This document shows positions 18,140-29,361 of a stretch of DNA of 64,000 nucleotides, one piece after another. The notes under the pieces are model-generated. The model did no database searches. It saw only the letters and a program-made list of their open reading frames with translations, and had not been told where the DNA came from. The stretch comes from Bacilli bacterium (GTDB lineage: Bacteria; Bacillota_I; Bacilli_A; RFN20; CAG-826): assembly GCA_024408235.1 (NCBI GenBank), contig JAKSVF010000001.1:29417-93416 (forward strand). Reading direction: 5' to 3'. Position 1 is the first letter of the stretch. Every line of letters begins with the position of its first letter. The translations under genes were made by a program, and so were the position numbers.

Positions 18140-18951
18140 TGTTGGCAGAAACAGTTGACTTTAACTATAGACTCGCCCATTTCTGGGATTGGGATTTAGA
18201 CGGATCTTTATTCTCGTCTTTATTCGTAATGCTTATTCTGATTGTTCTTGCGGTCATTATTTTCATCAAAGTGAAGATCGGTATGAAGAAGAAGTCGTAC
18301 TTAGAGAAGCCAAAAGGACTTTTGCACCTTGTTGAAATTTATTTCAATTACATTGATAACTTAACCAAAGACAATATGGGCGAACATAACGAAGGCTGGG
18401 GCGGATATCTCTTTGGCCTATTCGCATATTTGTTCCTTGCGTTTATGTGGGGAGCAACGGGATTCCCATCTGTCATCGATTGGTTAGCTGCTCCTTTATG
18501 TTTATCGGTCGTGATGTTTATCATCATTCAGGTGACTGCGCTCAAATATCAGAAGTTCTCGTACTTCCATAGATATATTGAACCTTTTGCGATCTTCCTT
18601 CCTATAAACCTTGTTACGATGTGGGCTCCAATCATCTCAACCACAATGCGTTTGTTCGGTAACTCAATTTCCGGCTTTGTTTTGATCGGTATCGTTCAAT
18701 GGGCGTTAGGCAATGCCGCAAACATGGTTTATGGCGTTTTATTCAGCCCATCAATAGAGTTAACAAGCTTCGTGCTCGCACCGGTGGTGTCGGGCGTGTT
18801 GCAGTTATATTTCACCTTATTCTCCGGCGCTATTCAGACATTGGTCTTCGGATCGCTGAATGCAGTCTGGATTTCGGCTGAAATACCTGAACCGGTATCT
18901 CCAGCTTTAAATGATCAGATGAGACCTGAGGTCGCAACTGATGTTGAATAA
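18139..18951 (+). CDS. atpB: F0F1 ATP synthase subunit a
   Basis: A polytopic membrane protein with the conserved stator Arg context TTMRLFGNSISG. An AGGAGG SD precedes the start. The operon position fits. Confidence 0.9.
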   Translation: MLAETVDFNYRLAHFWDWDLDGSLFSSLFVMLILIVLAVIIFIKVKIGMKKKSYLEKPKGLLHLVEIYFNYIDNLTKDNMGEHNEGWGGYLFGLFAYLFLAFMWGATGFPSVIDWLAAPLCLSVVMFIIIQVTALKYQKFSYFHRYIEPFAIFLPINLVTMWAPIISTTMRLFGNSISGFVLIGIVQWALGNAANMVYGVLFSPSIELTSFVLAPVVSGVLQLYFTLFSGAIQTLVFGSLNAVWISAEIPEPVSPALNDQMRPEVATDVE

Positions 18952-18978
18952 GAAAAACTAATCCCAGGAGGTAAAAAT

Positions 18979-19233
18979 ATGGCAAGTGTGGAATTAGGTT
19001 TAGTAGCCATCGGCGCAGGTATCGCCGTTGGTATGGGTGCCTTATCATCAATTGGTGAAGGCCTCATCTGTGCTAAGGCACTCGAGGGTATGGCAAGAAA
19101 CCCTGAAATGCAGAAGAAGCTTCAGTCAACAATGATCTTGGCTGTTGCATTAGACGAATCAACAGCTATTTATGCTCTTATCGTCGCTATCCTTCTCATC
19201 TTCGTCTTCCCAGGATTGGCTGCAGGACTTTAA
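18979..19233 (+). CDS. atpE: F0F1 ATP synthase subunit c
   Basis: An 84-aa hairpin proteolipid with the loop ARNPE and the ion-binding helix ALDESTAIY. An AGGAGG SD precedes the start. Confidence 0.95.
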   Translation: MASVELGLVAIGAGIAVGMGALSSIGEGLICAKALEGMARNPEMQKKLQSTMILAVALDESTAIYALIVAILLIFVFPGLAAGL

Positions 19234-19239
19234 TCGACT

Positions 19240-19794
19240 ATGGAAGCTATCGTTAGATTAACAACAGTTCTAGCGGATGCTCCTTTCAGTTCTGAAGATT
19301 TCATTAAGAAGCTCGTCCCTAATGGCTGGAGCTTACTCATCAATCTTCTTGCGCTGTTGGTTACTTTTACTGTGCTTTATTTCTTGGCTTATAAGCCAAT
19401 AAAGAAGTACTTGAAGGCAAGACAGGACGCAATCAAAGCGAACATTGATGAAGCAGAGGAAGCCAAACGAGTTGCGCAATCAACAATCATCAATCGTGAC
19501 GCTATCATTCAAGAAGCTAATGAACAGGCTGTAGCCATCATTAGCAAAGCTAAAGATGATGGTGAAAAGAGACGTCAGGAGATTGTTAAGGCTGCTGAAG
19601 ATGAGGCAGCAAAGAAACTTGAACAGGCTAGAGAGTCTATCAAGCAGGAAGAGATTGCCTCACGTGAAGCCATCAAGAAGGAGATCGTTGATGTCGCCAT
19701 GGATATTTCCCAGGCTGTTTTGCCACGTGAAATTTCCGATGAGGACAACAAGCGCCTTTTGGATGAGCTTACAAATCAATTAGAAGAGAAATAA
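19240..19794 (+). CDS. atpF: F0F1 ATP synthase subunit b
   Basis: A single N-terminal TM segment is followed by a long charged coiled-coil (AEE/KRR-rich). The operon position fits. Confidence 0.85.
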   Translation: MEAIVRLTTVLADAPFSSEDFIKKLVPNGWSLLINLLALLVTFTVLYFLAYKPIKKYLKARQDAIKANIDEAEEAKRVAQSTIINRDAIIQEANEQAVAIISKAKDDGEKRRQEIVKAAEDEAAKKLEQARESIKQEEIASREAIKKEIVDVAMDISQAVLPREISDEDNKRLLDELTNQLEEK

Positions 19795-19797
19795 TTT

Positions 19798-20346
19798 ATG
19801 AATAAGGACCGCTACGCAAACTACGCACAAGCATTGTTATCCTTTGCAAAAGAGGAGAATGATGTTCAGGGCTATAAGAATGATGTCCTCTATGTTTCAA
19901 ATGTTCTCGACGAGAACAAGGAACTAGTGGAGTTTTTGTCATCCATGAGCGTATCGGAAACCGGCATAAACTCAGTTATTGATAGCGTCTTCGGAAATCT
20001 GAAGAGTAAGCATCTTTGCTCGTTCTTAAAACTCCTTTCCGCAAAGCATATATCTCGTCATTATGACAAGATATTCTCGGCATTCATCTCGCTAAGCAAT
20101 GCCGAACTAGGCGTTAAGGAAGGAATCATCTATTCAGTGGATGAGATGTCAAGCGATGACATCAAGAAAATTGAAGAATCGCTATCAAAGAGATTGGAAT
20201 CAAAAGTCTATCTCGAAAACCGTATCGATCACGATTTGATCGGCGGATACAAAATCAGCATCGATGGAAAGGTATATGACTCTTCCGTCGTTTCAAAACT
20301 CAACCGTTTAAAAGCGGTACTCTATAAAACAGAAGGAGGCAAATAA
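19798..20346 (+). CDS. atpH: F0F1 ATP synthase subunit delta (OSCP)
   Basis: A 182-aa protein between atpF and atpA. The C-terminal pattern is LIGG.KI.IDG.VYD.S....L. Confidence 0.85.
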   Translation: MNKDRYANYAQALLSFAKEENDVQGYKNDVLYVSNVLDENKELVEFLSSMSVSETGINSVIDSVFGNLKSKHLCSFLKLLSAKHISRHYDKIFSAFISLSNAELGVKEGIIYSVDEMSSDDIKKIEESLSKRLESKVYLENRIDHDLIGGYKISIDGKVYDSSVVSKLNRLKAVLYKTEGGK

Positions 20347-21875
20347 TGAGCAACAGAACCTCTGATATCTCAGCTCTCATCAAGGAGCAAATCAAAAAGT
20401 ATTCAGGCGAAGTAGTCGAGGAAAATGCGGTTGGTACCGTTATTTCCGTAGGTGACGGAATCGCAACTGTTTACGGTTTAAAGGGCGCTATGCTCTCTGA
20501 ATTACTCGAATTCCCTAATGACATTTATGGTATGGTCATGAATCTTAACGTCGATAACGTTGGCGTTGTTCTTCTTGGCTCAGACCGTTTAATTAAGGAA
20601 GGCGACTTGGTCAAAGAAACCGGTAAGGTTGTCGAAGTTCCTGTCGGTGATGGAATGCTCGGAAGAGTTATTTCACCTTTAGGCCAGCCTTTAGATAATT
20701 TAGGCCCAATCGAATACTCAAAAACTAGACCAATTGAAAGAATCGCTCCAGGTGTTATGACCCGTAAATCGGTCAATACTCCTATGGAAACAGGAATCAA
20801 GGCAATTGACTCCATGATCCCTATTGGACGTGGACAGCGTGAGCTCATCATCGGTGACCGTCAGACTGGAAAAACCTCCATTGCAATCGACACGATCATC
20901 AACCAGAAGGGCAAAAATGTTAAATGCGTCTATGTCGCAATCGGACAGAAGAATTCTTCAGTTGCTTCCTTGACTAATAAATTAAAAGAAAAAGGCTGTT
21001 TAGATTACTGCGTTATCGTTAACGCTTCGGCATCTGAACCAGCACCTCAGCAGTATATCGCTCCATTCGCAGGCATGGCTATTGCGGAAGAATGGATGGA
21101 GCAGGGACAGGATGTCTTAATCGTATTTGACGATTTATCAAAACACGCTGTCGCTTATCGTACTTTGTCGCTTCTTTTAAGAAGAGCGCCAGGACGTGAG
21201 GCTTATCCAGGTGACATCTTCTATCTCCATTCAAGACTCTTGGAGAGAGCTTGCAAACTTAATGCTAAATATGGTGGTGGTTCAATCACCGCTCTCCCTA
21301 TCATCGAGACTCAGGCGGGCGACATCTCTGCCTATATTCCAACTAACGTCATTTCCATCACTGATGGCCAAATATTCTTAGTTACAGACTTCTTTGCATC
21401 AGGTCAAAGACCAGCGGTCGATTCTGGTTTCTCCGTTTCGCGTGTTGGCTCTGCAGCCCAGTACAAATGCATGAAACAAGTATCCTCTTCCTTAAAGATT
21501 GAGCTTGCAAACTATAGAGAAAATCTCTCATTCAGCCAGTTTGGCAGCGATCTTGATGCGGAGACAAAGAGAATTCTTAATCACGGTGCTATTGTCACCG
21601 AATCACTCAAGCAGAAGAACAATTCTCCTCTTGCTTTCTATGAAGAGGTCATTGATTTATTTGCAGTTAAAAACAGATATTTAGACGACCTTGATCTTAA
21701 GGCAGTCAACCCATTCCTCACCGCTTTAAGAGAAGAAATCATGACTTCTCATAACGACATCGTTGAGGAATTAAAAGAGAAGAAGATTTTCTCTAAAGAA
21801 TTAGAAGCTAAACTCTCAAACGCCATTGCATCATTCAAGAATGATAAGTGGCCTTCGATCTCAACTACAAAATAA
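20346..21875 (+). CDS. atpA: F0F1 ATP synthase subunit alpha
   Basis: Shows the Walker A GDRQTGKT plus DDLSKHA and ITDGQIFL. Confidence 0.97.
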   Translation: MSNRTSDISALIKEQIKKYSGEVVEENAVGTVISVGDGIATVYGLKGAMLSELLEFPNDIYGMVMNLNVDNVGVVLLGSDRLIKEGDLVKETGKVVEVPVGDGMLGRVISPLGQPLDNLGPIEYSKTRPIERIAPGVMTRKSVNTPMETGIKAIDSMIPIGRGQRELIIGDRQTGKTSIAIDTIINQKGKNVKCVYVAIGQKNSSVASLTNKLKEKGCLDYCVIVNASASEPAPQQYIAPFAGMAIAEEWMEQGQDVLIVFDDLSKHAVAYRTLSLLLRRAPGREAYPGDIFYLHSRLLERACKLNAKYGGGSITALPIIETQAGDISAYIPTNVISITDGQIFLVTDFFASGQRPAVDSGFSVSRVGSAAQYKCMKQVSSSLKIELANYRENLSFSQFGSDLDAETKRILNHGAIVTESLKQKNNSPLAFYEEVIDLFAVKNRYLDDLDLKAVNPFLTALREEIMTSHNDIVEELKEKKIFSKELEAKLSNAIASFKNDKWPSISTTK

Positions 21876-21887
21876 TAAGGATTTCTA

Positions 21888-24165
<2,278 letters not shown>

Positions 24166-24166
<1 letters not shown>

Positions 24167-24471
24167 TGAGTGAGAAGATAGTTCTTACAATATTATCTGC
24201 CAAGGGCCTCGTTTTCGAAGGCGAAGTGGATGAGTGTTATGTTCCTACTAACACTGGTCCCGTCGGCATATTAAGGGGTCACACTCCGTATATTGCATCG
24301 CTTAAAAACGTTGGCATTTTGAAATTCACATCTCGCAGTGTGAAATCTTTCTACGTTATCAAACAAGGCGCTGTCGAGATGAAAGGTGAAAGGCTTTTAA
24401 TAATCACCACCGAAGCAATTTGCGCTAAATCTTTAGCAGATGCTGAAAAAATTATTGAAGATTTTAAATAA
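24166..24471 (+). CDS. atpC: F0F1 ATP synthase subunit epsilon, short form (101 aa)
   Basis: The N-terminal beta-sandwich pattern is present (GEVDECYVPTNTGPVGILRGHTPYIASL). Only about 17 aa follow the sandwich. The start overlaps the atpD stop. Confidence 0.85.
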
Positions 24472-24488
24472 TATAGGATTATTACGGC

Positions 24489-25712
24489 ATGAATTTCATT
24501 TATATCTCGCCTAATTTTCCAGAAAGATACTTCCAATTCGTGAAAGAACTCCGTGCTAGGGGCATGAATGTTCTTTGCATTGGTGACACACCATACACAG
24601 CTTTATTGCCTGAATTGAAGGAGTCAGCAACCGAATATTACTGGCTTCCTACCCTCAGTGACTATGAAGCTGTTTTAAATGCATGCCGTTTCTTCGAAAA
24701 GAAGTATGGCAAAATCGACTACCTCGAGTCCAATAACGAGTGGTGGCTAACGCAGGATGCTCGTTTGAGAAAAGATTTAGGAATCACAACCGGTCTTTTG
24801 CCAGAGGACATGAACGCCATTAAAGCTAAATCAGCCATGAAACAGGCATTCTCTCGCGCAGGCGTTAAAACAATGCGTTACGTGTTGGTGGATGGGCCAA
24901 AAGACCTTGAAAAGGCTAAAAAGTTCGTTGAAGAAGTGGGTTATCCTGTCTTCGTTAAGCCTGATGTCGGTGTTGGCGCTTCTGATTCATATTCCATAAA
25001 AACAGAAGAGAGGCTTCTTGAATTCCTTTCAAAGGAACTCCCTGAGACATATATCATGGAAGAATATATCGATGGTTCGATCGTGTCGTTTGATGGATGT
25101 TGCGATTCTAATTCTAATGTCGTTTTCTGCTGCACCGATCATTTCCCTGTCGCAGTCGCAATAACGGTTAATGAGAATCTTGATAACTTCTATTGGAACA
25201 CGCCATTTGAACTCCCGATGCAGGATGTTGATCCTGTCGCATTCGAAAAGGCTGGAAGAGCAGTTGTTAAATCATTTGGAATTAAGAAACGTTTGTTCCA
25301 CATCGAGTTCTTCGTTCTTAAATCTGATAGGCCTGGACTTGCGAAGAAAGGCGAGTTTATTGCTTTAGAATGCAATATGCGCTGCCCGGGAGGTAACACA
25401 CCTGACCTCATGAATTACGCTAATTCAGTTTCGTTGCACGCTATATATGCAGATGTTATTGCGTATGATGAAAATAGACAGGCGATGAACCTTGAGAAGT
25501 ACTACGCTTTTGCGGTCAGCAGAAAAGATTGCATGAAATACGCGCATTCGCATGAAGATATTTGCAACCTCTTCAAATCTCAATTGATGGTTTCTGGCAG
25601 ATATCCACACGGCATCTCTGAGGTCATGGGCGACCAATACTACTATGGCAAATTTAAAACGTACGAGGAAGGTTTGAAATTCCAGTCGTACGTTCAAGAA
25701 TATTTATCCTAA
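24489..25712 (+). CDS. ATP-grasp domain protein of unknown substrate
   Basis: A 407-aa protein with an ATP-grasp core: K..MKQAF..AGV, GYPVFVKPDVGVGAS, YIMEEYIDG and HIEFF...ALECNMRCPGG. It starts 17 nt after atpC. Confidence 0.7.
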   Translation: MNFIYISPNFPERYFQFVKELRARGMNVLCIGDTPYTALLPELKESATEYYWLPTLSDYEAVLNACRFFEKKYGKIDYLESNNEWWLTQDARLRKDLGITTGLLPEDMNAIKAKSAMKQAFSRAGVKTMRYVLVDGPKDLEKAKKFVEEVGYPVFVKPDVGVGASDSYSIKTEERLLEFLSKELPETYIMEEYIDGSIVSFDGCCDSNSNVVFCCTDHFPVAVAITVNENLDNFYWNTPFELPMQDVDPVAFEKAGRAVVKSFGIKKRLFHIEFFVLKSDRPGLAKKGEFIALECNMRCPGGNTPDLMNYANSVSLHAIYADVIAYDENRQAMNLEKYYAFAVSRKDCMKYAHSHEDICNLFKSQLMVSGRYPHGISEVMGDQYYYGKFKTYEEGLKFQSYVQEYLS

Positions 25713-26537
25713 TTACTTGTAGCCCTTAATAAGCGATCTAGCAGCGTCTAGGTCGTTTTTTACATTAACAGTGCCGTCTTCACATATCAGTAGAGGTTCG
25801 TATTCATTTAAAGAATATGCATCGAGAACTGATTGTTTGTTCGAATCGTCTAGCAAATCGAAATCAATGATGTCGACCCTCTTTTTTGATTTTTTGATTT
25901 CTGGGTATAACTCATTTTTATAGAAGTCAACTGAATCGTTATTGGTCGAATCTAATAAGTACTTAAGTGTTTTCTCATCTGTTATTGAGAAGGTTCTTGT
26001 GTGATATATCTCTGTAAGGGTAACGAATCTTTTGACTTCAACAGAGAGCCTAGAATATGAAACCGCTCCACCGACTATTTCAAAGGCTTTTTCAGAGTTT
26101 AGTCCAAGAACAGAAGGAGTTGCTGCGGAGATTAGCTCTTCATCTCCCTCAGCATATCCATAATACTCGTTCAAAGCGTCAACTTGTTTATGATATTCCT
26201 GGTACGTCTCATATGTTTTACCAGTATTCTCTATTACTCCGTACGCGATTGAGTTGGCTTTGCAGAAACCAACAAAAGTGTCTTTGAATCTAATGCAATG
26301 ACCACATGTCGTTTGCGTTAAGACAACTAGCATCCCAATACCCAAATCAAGTTGAGGTTTAATCTCGTCCCAGTTTTTGTAGTAGGCGTGATTGGAATAC
26401 GCAAGAGTGTCGTCTTCAAACGAAAGATTTACTTCCTCGGTCCTATCGACAAAAAAAGTTTTGCTGCCAACCCCATCTCCGCACGAGGTAAGGAGCAATG
26501 GCAAAATAGAAATCTCTAAGACAACTCTTTTTTTCAT
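25713..26537 (-). CDS. thioredoxin-like lipoprotein with CGHC active-site motif
   Basis: The signal peptide carries the lipobox LLTSC (Cys19). The C78-G-H-C81 motif lies at nt 26295-26306 in the context VVLTQTTCGHCIRFKD. The length is 274 aa. Confidence 0.7.
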   Translation of the reverse strand: MKKRVVLEISILPLLLTSCGDGVGSKTFFVDRTEEVNLSFEDDTLAYSNHAYYKNWDEIKPQLDLGIGMLVVLTQTTCGHCIRFKDTFVGFCKANSIAYGVIENTGKTYETYQEYHKQVDALNEYYGYAEGDEELISAATPSVLGLNSEKAFEIVGGAVSYSRLSVEVKRFVTLTEIYHTRTFSITDEKTLKYLLDSTNNDSVDFYKNELYPEIKKSKKRVDIIDFDLLDDSNKQSVLDAYSLNEYEPLLICEDGTVNVKNDLDAARSLIKGYK

Positions 26538-26543
26538 ACTATT

Positions 26544-26552
26544 AATATATCA
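26544..26552 (-). promoter_or_regulatory. extended -10 element (TGaTATATT) 6 nt upstream of the lipoprotein ATG
   Basis: The minus strand reads CTGATATATTAATAGT-ATG. No SD is present. The geometry suggests a leaderless transcript. Confidence 0.4.
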
Positions 26553-26613
26553 GCATTTAACATTTCTAACTACATTCGTTAAAAAATGATAAAGTAATGG
26601 GGAGGTATTACAT

Positions 26614-27168
26614 ATGGCAAATATGCACGTTATATGGCACTCAGTGTCAAAAGACAGGATTAAACCTGAAAGATTTTTAGCATGTATTGAAATCAGTGCT
26701 GGATCAAAGAATAAATATGAACTTGATAAAGAGTCGGGTATGTTGATTCTCGACAGAATCCTTTACACATCGACCCATTATCCGCAGAACTACGGATTCA
26801 TTCCTCGCACCTTATCTGAAGACGGTGACCCATTAGACGTATTGGTTCTATGTTCTGAGCCTATCCTTCCAATGGCCACAACCATATGTTATCCAATTGG
26901 GCTTCTTGAAATGATAGATGGTGGAAAACTCGATGAGAAAGTTATCGCCGTATGCGCTCACGATCCACTGTATAGAGGATATAAAGATATAACAGAGCTT
27001 CCTATTCATATCACAGAAGAAATCCAACATTTCTTTAGAGTCTATAAGGACCTTGAACATGGTAAGTTCACCGATGTTGGAGAAATGAAGGGAAGACAGG
27101 CCGCCATCGATGCGATTATAAAAGATTGCAAAGCTTATGATGAGGCGTTTCCAAATAACACAAAATAA
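26614..27168 (+). CDS. ppa: family I inorganic pyrophosphatase
   Basis: The motifs are [37 protein letters not shown] and DEKVIAV. A GGGGAGG SD precedes the start. Confidence 0.92.
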   Translation: MANMHVIWHSVSKDRIKPERFLACIEISAGSKNKYELDKESGMLILDRILYTSTHYPQNYGFIPRTLSEDGDPLDVLVLCSEPILPMATTICYPIGLLEMIDGGKLDEKVIAVCAHDPLYRGYKDITELPIHITEEIQHFFRVYKDLEHGKFTDVGEMKGRQAAIDAIIKDCKAYDEAFPNNTK

Positions 27169-27174
27169 TAAATA

Positions 27175-27229
27175 GGCTGAAACAGTGAACTAAATGGGGT
27201 TCAGTTCATAGATCAGCCATTTTTATTTT
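27175..27229. terminator. bidirectional terminator between ppa and the rqcH-like gene
   Basis: A two-tier hairpin pairs GGCTGA...TCAGCC (outer) and TGAAC...GTTCA (inner). It is followed by ATTTTTATTTT and preceded by an A-rich tract. Confidence 0.6.
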
Positions 27230-27233
27230 AAAA

Positions 27234-28649
27234 CTATTTTCCTATATCCATTCTGACAGCGGACTTTAGTAAATCTTTAGTATGTTTTGATATATTATCA
27301 ATCCTAATTGATTCAAATTGTTTTACTATAGCTTGTCCAGAAACATTTCCTTTGCGAACGTTGCGGCGGAAAGTGTACATGACTTCACCATCTTCTCGAT
27401 GTGAATTCAATAGCGCAATCTCGGCAGCTACACGTATCTCCTCTTCACTTGCATCATCCTTTTTAATGACGACATGCGAGCCAGAATCTCCCATGATGTG
27501 AAGCCACATATGATTCTTGCTTGTGCCAAATAAGAATGTTAGGCAGTCATTCTGCTTGGATGTTTTTCCAAATAGAATTCTTGTCCCCTTGTAATCGACT
27601 TGATATGGGAGTGTAGCTAACGAAAGCGAATCAAAAGTGTCTTTTCTCTTTTTATTTGTTTTCTTTCCAAGGCCTAAATCCTTTTCAAGAATTTCAAGTC
27701 CTTCTTCATCGGCGGCCAAAACTTGTTTGAGAGCAGAAGCGACGTTTTCTAACTCCTCCTCGGTCTTAAGAATGTTTTCTTCACCGTATGCGATTGTCTG
27801 TTTTGCCTTCTTCGCGTTTTTATAATACTTTTCTGCATTCTTAGGGAGAGATTTCAAAGGATCTAATTTAATGAGTTCACCTTCGTATACAAATGATTTG
27901 GCGCCATCCTTTATGTCGCTGTAGCAGATGTATATGGCGTCTCCAAATCGAGCGTCATCTAAATGCGTCTTAGCTTCCTCGATTTCTTTCTGAAGAACGA
28001 CGATCTTTTTGGCTAAAGATTTTTCTTTTGCCTTAAGAGTTGTAATAATGTGGCCAAAGCGATCTTTTTTTCTTCTTGCAGAAATCTCTATTTCCTTATC
28101 AAGACAGTGTTTCAAATATTCGTTTGGGTCAAATCCATTTTCCTCATGCTGGAAATTACCTTTTGGAGGGTAGGAGTATGTCATACCTCTGTATAAAGGT
28201 CTTGCATCGGTAAAGTCTCCTGGTCTATATGAAACGATGATTTTGTCATTTGCGTCCGTGACAATAAGGTTCGCATGATGAGGAATCATCTCGAAATACA
28301 TATTCCTGGATTCTTCTTTATAGACTGAGTTGATTATTGTGAGAGTGAACTTAACTATTTTATTTTTCTCGGCGCACTCCATATCGATGATATATGCATT
28401 TCCGACTTCTTTTTGAAATTGGTCAAGGAACCTAGAATCTTGCCCTCTTCCGTCTATTGAATGGGTTGCCGTGTAGAATCTTGGGTCCGCATCATCTAGA
28501 GAAATTACAAATCGATGATCGTCTTTTCCGGACAAGTGGAAGAATATGGAATTTGATGCATAGAAAAATGGATGAGAGATATGCTTATTGATAAGCTTTT
28601 CTTTCATAAATGTTACAAAGTTTTCCAAATTTTCAGCAGTAAATCTCAT
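27234..28649 (-). CDS. rqcH: RqcH/FbpA-like NFACT-family ribosome quality control protein (short, 471 aa)
   Basis: An NFACT-N-like N-terminus is followed by a central charged coiled-coil. The C-terminal NFACT-R/DUF814 block is WLHIMGDSGSHVVIK. Confidence 0.65.
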   Translation of the reverse strand: MRFTAENLENFVTFMKEKLINKHISHPFFYASNSIFFHLSGKDDHRFVISLDDADPRFYTATHSIDGRGQDSRFLDQFQKEVGNAYIIDMECAEKNKIVKFTLTIINSVYKEESRNMYFEMIPHHANLIVTDANDKIIVSYRPGDFTDARPLYRGMTYSYPPKGNFQHEENGFDPNEYLKHCLDKEIEISARRKKDRFGHIITTLKAKEKSLAKKIVVLQKEIEEAKTHLDDARFGDAIYICYSDIKDGAKSFVYEGELIKLDPLKSLPKNAEKYYKNAKKAKQTIAYGEENILKTEEELENVASALKQVLAADEEGLEILEKDLGLGKKTNKKRKDTFDSLSLATLPYQVDYKGTRILFGKTSKQNDCLTFLFGTSKNHMWLHIMGDSGSHVVIKKDDASEEEIRVAAEIALLNSHREDGEVMYTFRRNVRKGNVSGQAIVKQFESIRIDNISKHTKDLLKSAVRMDIGK

Positions 28650-28704
28650 AACATGAACAATAATACCATTAAATGCGTTAATTAACTATTTTAGTTACTA
28701 GTCA

Positions 28705-28733
28705 TTGTAACAAAATGAAAATATAACTATACT
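28705..28733 (+). promoter_or_regulatory. candidate gmk promoter with leaderless geometry
   Basis: TTGTAA (28705-28710), a 17-nt spacer and TATACT (28728-28733). The gmk ATG at 28741 lies 7 nt after the -10 hexamer and has no SD. Confidence 0.5.
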
Positions 28734-28740
28734 TTTTACA

Positions 28741-29328
28741 ATGAAACGTGGATTGTTGATTATTATGTCAGGACCTAGCGGTGTCGGGAAAGGCACAGTT
28801 AGACAGAAAGTTATGGAGGATGAGACACTCAACCTCGCATATTCCATTTCCATGACTACACGCGGTCCACGCGCTGGTGAAGAAAACGGAAGAGAGTATT
28901 TTTTCGTCACTAAAGAAGAATTTGAGAAGAACATCAAAGAGGGCAACCTCCTTGAATATAACTTCTTTGTATCCAATTATTACGGTACACCAAAGAGTTA
29001 TGTCGATCAGTTAAGGAATGAAGGAAAGAACGTTCTTTTGGAAATCGATGTCAACGGCGCTAAAACTGTCATGGCTAAGTGCAAAGAGATTGGCGACGAC
29101 GTCGTTTCATTCTTCATCCTTCCTCCATCAATGCAGGCTTTAGAAAATCGTATCAGGGGCAGAAGAAGTGAGCCTGAAGACGTCATTCAAGAAAGACTTT
29201 CCAAGGCAGCAGCCGAAATTGACCAATCATCTAATTACAAATATCCGGTTGTTAATGACAACCTTGAAGAAACGGCTAAACTTATCCGCGATATCATTGT
29301 AAAAGAAAGTAACAAAAATTCTGATTAG
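28741..29328 (+). CDS. gmk: guanylate kinase
   Basis: Shows SGPSGVGKGT, TTR.PR.GE..G.EY.F and the YGT motif. Confidence 0.95.
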   Translation: MKRGLLIIMSGPSGVGKGTVRQKVMEDETLNLAYSISMTTRGPRAGEENGREYFFVTKEEFEKNIKEGNLLEYNFFVSNYYGTPKSYVDQLRNEGKNVLLEIDVNGAKTVMAKCKEIGDDVVSFFILPPSMQALENRIRGRRSEPEDVIQERLSKAAAEIDQSSNYKYPVVNDNLEETAKLIRDIIVKESNKNSD

Positions 29329-29361
29329 TTAATATGCTCAACATAGTTGTATAATTGAATT

